A DNA stretch of 64,000 nt from Clostridia bacterium (GTDB taxonomy: Bacteria; Bacillota; Clostridia; JAAYHZ01). Below the pieces are notes generated by a model. The model did not search any database. It saw only the letters and a list, made by a program, of their open reading frames with translations, and was not told where the DNA came from. Within the stretch, counting starts at the first letter, position 1, and every line of letters begins with the position of its first letter. Where the stretch lies: positions 86,688-150,687 of the forward strand of contig JBMNIH010000005.1 in NCBI GenBank assembly GCA_050950825.1, given 5' to 3'. A program made the translations under genes and the position numbers. Shown here piece after piece: positions 58,749 to 64,000 of this stretch.

Positions 58749-59126
58749 TTAACTATCCGAACCCCGCCTTTCCTCCATCGTTTCACATAAGTCTCGAAAG
58801 TTAATAATCAGCTCCGCCCTGGAATTCACATTCAGCTTTTTGTAAATGGCCGTTTGGTAGGTATTAGCGGTGGAATATCGAATGTTCAATATTTCCGCCG
58901 TTTCCTTCAGGCTGTAGCCGTTTATGAGAATAAAGAAGGTTTCCTTTTCTCTGGGAGTAAGGCTTTCCACCATTTTCGATTTTTCACAAGCGGTAAGATT
59001 CAGCTTTTTCCCGTAAGGCGTATCCGTTCTTGAAAGGATCTCATCCTTCTCCTGCTTTTCTTCGGCTTTTCCTTTCGACTTTTTTAATACTTCCTTGACC
59101 CGATCCATAAAACCCAAATCCATCAC
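58749..59126 (-). CDS. Small LuxR-type HTH protein without a sensory domain
   Basis: LTPREKE...GYSLKETAEIL...TANTYQTAIYKKLNVNSRAEL. Confidence 0.85.
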   Translation of the reverse strand: MMDLGFMDRVKEVLKKSKGKAEEKQEKDEILSRTDTPYGKKLNLTACEKSKMVESLTPREKETFFILINGYSLKETAEILNIRYSTANTYQTAIYKKLNVNSRAELIINFRDLCETMEERRGSDS

Positions 59127-59185
59127 CTCCCGGAGGGATATATGGTATATACTAACAATATAGTCTGAGAATCGCTAAGGGTCGA

Positions 59186-59240
59186 TTCATTAGTTCACAT
59201 GAGAATTGAAAAACTCCCCCTCATTAGTTCTAATGAGAGG
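59186..59240. promoter_or_regulatory. Two imperfect palindromic boxes, candidate LuxR operators
   Basis: TCATTAGTTCACATGAGA at 59187 and TCATTAGTTCTAATGAGA at 59221, 34 bp apart, upstream of the mini-LuxR gene. Confidence 0.55.
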
Positions 59241-59278
59241 GAGCAAAAGCCAAAAAATATGGATCGCATTCGATGGTT

Positions 59279-60730
59279 CTATTCTTTATACTCCTGCAGC
59301 AACAGGAAAAGCTCCGTACGGCTGTTGATGTTCATCTTTCGGTATATGGAGGTACAGTATGTATTGATGGTGGCATAAGCTTTCGAAAGCATCCCTGAAA
59401 TTTGTCTTAGAGTATAGCCTTCAAGAAGGAGCTTACAGACTTCCGTTTCCGCAGGGGTAAGCTTGTAGTCCTTAAGTTTTGCCTCCAACCTTGAATGCTC
59501 ACTGATATCCCCTCGGTAAGCATCGTCGATCCACTCCCCCGAATACAGCATTTTCGTAAAAAAAGGAGACAGGATGAAAAAGAGGATGATTATCAAGATG
59601 GAGATAAGGGCCATCCACAAAGATGAAACCGGCATATCGCTTTTGCCGGTAAGCTTGACCAAAACCAAAGAGGCCAGGTAGCATACAGAGGAAAGAAGAA
59701 AACCGGTTCGGTAGAAAAGAAGACTTTTGAATTTTTTTATCATGAATCCGGCCAGATAATAGATGTTGACGATACCAATGGAATAGGCGGCTCCAAAGCA
59801 TGCGGCCGAAAAAAGACCTGCATCCGGAACCTGCACCCTGACGATATCCAGCACAAAACCGAAGGCGGAAAAAGCAACGGAAAGGTTCAGCATGATACAC
59901 AGATTCATGGTCAGGCGGGATTGAAGAAGAAGGACCGCAACAAGGCCGGTTAAAATTCCGATAAAGTAATAGGATTCGATTCGGCCTGCCGAAGAAAGGC
60001 TCGTTTGCCTGAGAAGATCCGGTGCGATTACATCGTTTAAGGCGAATATGATATAGATTACGGGCATTAAGGAATAGGCCTTAACCGGCGCCTTTACCTT
60101 TTCAAAAGAAGGTACCGTGTGGGCATGGGTTTTAATGTGGTAAGCGCTGAAGGCCAAGAATACCATGATGAAAAAGATAAGAAGATTGAAAGGGTGTAAA
60201 ATAAATCTCTCGCCATCCAACACCGGCTTTATAATCATCAAAAGTTTCGGAAGAAGGACCACTAAAATCATGGAATAAAATTTTTCCGAGTTGTTAAGAA
60301 CCATGAAAAAGGAATAAACATAGGAGATAAATATATGTCCGATACAGGGTACGGCAAACAGCATGAGGATTTTTGAAGCCGTACCGGGTCCGAGAAACAG
60401 TACGGCTATATAGCAGGCCAGCGTAAAGAGCACGCTGTAAAAGGAAGCGGGAACAAACCTTTTCCCGTCGAAAAGAATGGGAATCAGGCTTCCCGTAAGC
60501 AGCATAACGATAAAATAAAGGTTTGTATCCCCTACGATTTCCTCGAAAAAGCTTACCTTAAGGGCAAAGCCTCCCATAGGGAGAAAGTAGGCATAAAGCC
60601 AAACGGATACGGCAATACATCCCCAAAAGTAGGGTAAGTTTTCTTTTGAAATTCCTTTGATACTTAGCTTATTCGCAGATCGGAAAGCAGACCCCAAGAG
60701 ATTTTTAAGACGGCTTTTCCGTTCTCCCAT
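59279..60730 (-). CDS. Multi-pass membrane LuxR-family one-component regulator
   Basis: Roughly 12 hydrophobic segments followed by LTPAETEVCKLLLEGYTLRQIS...IYRKMNINSRTEL HTH. Confidence 0.85.
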   Translation of the reverse strand: MGERKSRLKNLLGSAFRSANKLSIKGISKENLPYFWGCIAVSVWLYAYFLPMGGFALKVSFFEEIVGDTNLYFIVMLLTGSLIPILFDGKRFVPASFYSVLFTLACYIAVLFLGPGTASKILMLFAVPCIGHIFISYVYSFFMVLNNSEKFYSMILVVLLPKLLMIIKPVLDGERFILHPFNLLIFFIMVFLAFSAYHIKTHAHTVPSFEKVKAPVKAYSLMPVIYIIFALNDVIAPDLLRQTSLSSAGRIESYYFIGILTGLVAVLLLQSRLTMNLCIMLNLSVAFSAFGFVLDIVRVQVPDAGLFSAACFGAAYSIGIVNIYYLAGFMIKKFKSLLFYRTGFLLSSVCYLASLVLVKLTGKSDMPVSSLWMALISILIIILFFILSPFFTKMLYSGEWIDDAYRGDISEHSRLEAKLKDYKLTPAETEVCKLLLEGYTLRQISGMLSKAYATINTYCTSIYRKMNINSRTELFLLLQEYKE

Positions 60731-60953
60731 TGCCCTATCCTCCTTATGTTCGCCTACGCAATTTTTTCCGCCGTCTATCGTTCTTTTATGCTTTGTTTAA
60801 CCAAGGGTAGCCTAAGCCGGACATGAACTAAACGGTGGAATGATCGTTTGCCGATGCATGTAAATATAAAATCGAGGTGTGTTCCATCCTTAAAACTTCT
60901 TTAAACATTAATCTCATTATATTACATTCTCATCAAGGGTAGTACCTGCATTT

Positions 60954-61847
60954 TCATAATTCTTCTTTTTTCCCTTCTATTCGCTGTCGAATCAAGAGAA
61001 TAGCCGTAAGAAAAGCAATATACAAGGCGAAGGCCGCCAACAGGATGGCGAAAAAGTCTCGAATGGCCGTATGGGATGAACCGTCAAACCCTTTTATGAG
61101 CAAATGGGCGATGAAGTAGGACAAAGGAAGCAGAGAGAAATTCAAAGCCAAGTTGAAAACTTTTTTGTTCCTCCGCATAACAACCGCCGCGGTAAGGCTT
61201 ATTACGGCAAGGCCCAAAGCAATGAACGCATAGTAGGTCAAAAAGAGCCTCGGAAGGGTTTTAACGCCCCCGCCGGAATAAAGATCCTCTCCGTAGATCA
61301 ATAGGTCTTCCTTTCCGTCGGCTTGGACGTAGTATACGGCGGCCACCTTTTCGCCCTCCGGATTTAGGACTCTGTATTCCGGGTCCGATGTTTTCATCGA
61401 ACGATTCCATACACTGTTCCATGTCGTAATGTGGTAAACGTAGCCCCTGCCCTCTTCCGCCGGATATCGGCTAATATCGCAGCCATGCACGGTGTCGTCC
61501 AATCGAACAAGGACCAAGCCTTCTCCGATTTCTCTTACCGACACGCTGTGATCGCCGTAGGAATGGTACTCCGGCGCCGTTAAATATGCGGCGGCTACAA
61601 TGAAAAATACAAAAGAAAGCATCATGGAAAACAGAATCTTTTTTCGAAGCCTTGATTTTATCTTTTTCAAGGCGGATCCGTCTTTGTCCGCCGGCATATC
61701 ATGAAAGCTTTTCATTTCATGGAGTGCATCTTTGCATTCGCTGCAGTGCTTTAAGTGCTCTTCAACCAAAGCGTCGGAGTCCCGGCTCAGCATGTTTTCC
61801 GCATACAAAGGCAGAAGGTCGTTAATTACGCTGCATGTGATTTTCAC
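60954..61847 (-). CDS. zf-HC2 anti-sigma factor
   Basis: CSVINDLLPLY...VEEHLKHCSEC; TM segments. Confidence 0.88.
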   Translation of the reverse strand: MKITCSVINDLLPLYAENMLSRDSDALVEEHLKHCSECKDALHEMKSFHDMPADKDGSALKKIKSRLRKKILFSMMLSFVFFIVAAAYLTAPEYHSYGDHSVSVREIGEGLVLVRLDDTVHGCDISRYPAEEGRGYVYHITTWNSVWNRSMKTSDPEYRVLNPEGEKVAAVYYVQADGKEDLLIYGEDLYSGGGVKTLPRLFLTYYAFIALGLAVISLTAAVVMRRNKKVFNLALNFSLLPLSYFIAHLLIKGFDGSSHTAIRDFFAILLAAFALYIAFLTAILLIRQRIEGKKEEL

Positions 61848-62347
61848 TCATCATCCCTCATTTCTTCTCGAATCTTTTTTTTTGCTCTGTGATAAGTGAC
61901 GCAGGCCCAGTTGTCCGTTTTACCGAATAAAGCGCCGATTTTTTTGAAGCTGAGTTCTCCGTAAACTCTTAGTATAAAAACTTCTTTATAAGGCTCAGGC
62001 AGGTTTTGGAGAACTTCATGAGCCTTCTTTGATGCCTCCGATGCGGACACCGTCTTTTCCAAGTCGAAATCATCTTCCTTTTCGGGAACGGAATCAAGAT
62101 CCTGCCAGTGCTTTTCCTTTCTTATGTACGAATAATAGGTATTTTTTGCGATTTGAAAAAGCCAAACCTTGATGTCGCATTCCCCTTTAAAGCCGTCAAT
62201 GGCCTTAATGGCTTTCATAAAAGTTTCCGACGTGATGTCCTCCGCTATGTGTTTGTCTTTCGAAAGGCCGTATATGAAAAAATACACGTCTTTAAAATAG
62301 CTGTTGTACACATCTTCAATCTCCGTCAACTTATCACCTGCCTTCAC
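61844..62347 (-). CDS. ECF RNA polymerase sigma factor
   Basis: AEDITSETF, WLFQIAKN and ELSFKKIG...WACVTYHRAK. Confidence 0.92.
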   Translation of the reverse strand: MKAGDKLTEIEDVYNSYFKDVYFFIYGLSKDKHIAEDITSETFMKAIKAIDGFKGECDIKVWLFQIAKNTYYSYIRKEKHWQDLDSVPEKEDDFDLEKTVSASEASKKAHEVLQNLPEPYKEVFILRVYGELSFKKIGALFGKTDNWACVTYHRAKKKIREEMRDDE

Positions 62348-62402
62348 TTCATGCTTTTATTCGGTAATTTTTTAGACTTTTTTCTGCGTCATCCGTCTAT
62401 AT

Positions 62403-62428
62403 GACGCAAAAAAAGAATGAATCTTACA
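62403..62428 (-). promoter_or_regulatory. Putative ECF autoregulatory promoter
   Basis: Minus strand TGTAAG-N16-CGTC upstream of the ECF sigma gene. Confidence 0.4.
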
Positions 62429-62578
62429 AACAAATTGATTATATCTCATCAGAAAACAAAAGAATGCCGTTTTTAACTACAGCCTAAGAAAGGGAGAGGA
62501 AAGAAAATTCAATAAAAAACAAAAACAGGCAATCATCGCCCGGGATGATAAAAAACTTTGTCTATAATCGAAACTTTT

Positions 62579-63778
62579 TTATCCTTCCGGTAATTCGTCT
62601 TCTTCCATTTCAATCGAGTTTTTGCTTTTGTTTTTCGCAATGTACAAAAGCCGGTCCACCTTCATTAGAAGTTCGCTGGTACTTTTTTCTCCTACGTCAG
62701 CAACACCGCCGCTGATGGTTACCACAAGATCGCTTTCCCATTCTAATTCCAAAATCTTTTTGCGTATACGCTCCACAACCGCATATCCTTTTTCTTTTCC
62801 GGTGTTGCGGAGGATAATGAAGAACTCGTCCCCTCCGTAGCGTCCTACGATATCGTCATGTCTTAAGCTGCTTTTGATGGTTTTGGCGATTCTCTTCAAA
62901 ACATAGTCTCCGTACATGTGGCCGTATGTATCGTTTATGTTTTTAAAGTTGTCGATATCCACCATGGCCACCGTCAGCTTTTCATGATTTTTACGGGAGG
63001 ATTCGACTTCTTTGTCTAGGCAAGCCGTAATAAATCTTTTGTTAAAAGCCCCGGTTAAATGGTCCGTAAATGAAAGCCGCTCAAACTTTTGCTTTTCTTC
63101 GCTTAAAAGCAAATTCAGCTTTTCCGCTTCTTCCTTAGCTTTCATAAACTCCGCATTGCTTTTTTCCAAGGCTTGATTCTTCGCTTCGATTTCTCTGTTC
63201 TTTTCCTCTAAGGCAAGAAGATACCGCTTGGATCTTTGAAGCTCCGCCATATAGCTGTCGATCAGAACGGCGATCAAAACGGCAATGGCAAATAAGCAGA
63301 CGAATAAGCCGAAGGAAAGATCGATGTAGCGAACAAATTCCGAGTCGTAGTTTAGTATCACAAAATCCGGTCTTCGATACTCGAATGTAATAAGGCCGCT
63401 GACCATTAAAGCAAACAGAGCAAAAACGATCTTTCTTGTTATTCCGGTAAGCAGTAATGCAATAATTCCGGCATTTACGATGATGTAATACGGGATGCTG
63501 CTGCAAGTTCCCCCTGCAATGATCCACATGGCGGGAAAAAAGATAAAACTTAAGAAAATGGTGACAAGTAAGGACATCCGCTTGTAGTTTTTCGTGACCC
63601 GAAAAGCGATGTACATTCCGACGGTTATAAAGCCGCAGGCTGCCGTCACCAATACGGGAATCGTACCTAAGCCCAGTATGTAATTCATCAAGCTGCATGA
63701 AAAGGACATGCAGATACCTACAACGAATACCGAATTAAAGACCCGGTACTTCAGTGAAATATTATTTTCATCCCTCAT
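62579..63778 (-). CDS. Membrane-anchored diguanylate cyclase (GGDEF domain)
   Basis: N-terminal TM helices, coiled coil, TDHLTG, DIDNFK.INDTYGH and RYGGDEF. Confidence 0.92.
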   Translation of the reverse strand: MRDENNISLKYRVFNSVFVVGICMSFSCSLMNYILGLGTIPVLVTAACGFITVGMYIAFRVTKNYKRMSLLVTIFLSFIFFPAMWIIAGGTCSSIPYYIIVNAGIIALLLTGITRKIVFALFALMVSGLITFEYRRPDFVILNYDSEFVRYIDLSFGLFVCLFAIAVLIAVLIDSYMAELQRSKRYLLALEEKNREIEAKNQALEKSNAEFMKAKEEAEKLNLLLSEEKQKFERLSFTDHLTGAFNKRFITACLDKEVESSRKNHEKLTVAMVDIDNFKNINDTYGHMYGDYVLKRIAKTIKSSLRHDDIVGRYGGDEFFIILRNTGKEKGYAVVERIRKKILELEWESDLVVTISGGVADVGEKSTSELLMKVDRLLYIAKNKSKNSIEMEEDELPEG

Positions 63779-64000
63779 TTGTATATCCTCCGACAGCGGG
63801 TTATGCCGGCATTGTTTTAACAAGCCTTCGGAACGGCCTCGTTAAGAGATCTAAAGCGGTAAAAACCCGTAACGTGTTCATAATTCCACCGTCCTATCAA
63901 GGTGGAAAAAACAAATATCTATGATCAGCCCATGTAATATAATTTGTTATTTTAAGGGTTTACCGCCTTCTATACCGGCTTATATCTTTTAATATATATG

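Overview
Bacterial chromosomal window from an apparently anaerobic, saccharolytic Bacillota (Clostridia-like) organism, inferred from GGAGG ribosome-binding sites, many lipoproteins and the gene content. Most genes lie on the minus strand. I saw no rRNA, tRNA or CRISPR array. The best candidate for an undescribed system is a translationally coupled RiPP-like operon at ~0.54-4.45 kb. It consists of an ArsR-type regulator, a 49-aa precursor peptide missing from the ORF track (3216-3365), a stand-alone PqqD/RRE protein, a radical SAM/SPASM enzyme, an HPr-kinase-like P-loop kinase and an S26-type peptidase, closed by a terminator. The precursor has a lasso-type KKQWQKP leader and a C-x6-C core, yet there is no lasso cyclase. 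Other notable items: (1) a tandem array of one intact and two to three broken solute-binding-lipoprotein paralogs with patchy variability (10.8-16.1 kb); (2) two unrelated folds (beta-helix and beta-propeller), each present as a signal-less copy and as a lipoprotein copy with a homologous export leader (23.5-34.4 kb); (3) a membrane-bound LuxR plus mini-LuxR module with repeated operator-like boxes (57.8-60.7 kb); (4) a decayed mobile-element mosaic with a Prim-Pol remnant, a 5'-truncated GH38 mannosidase and a truncated IS1202-like element (51.5-56.8 kb). The rest is ABC transporters, two ECF sigma modules, carbohydrate-active enzymes, a helicase IV-like protein, bacterioferritin and a GGDEF protein.
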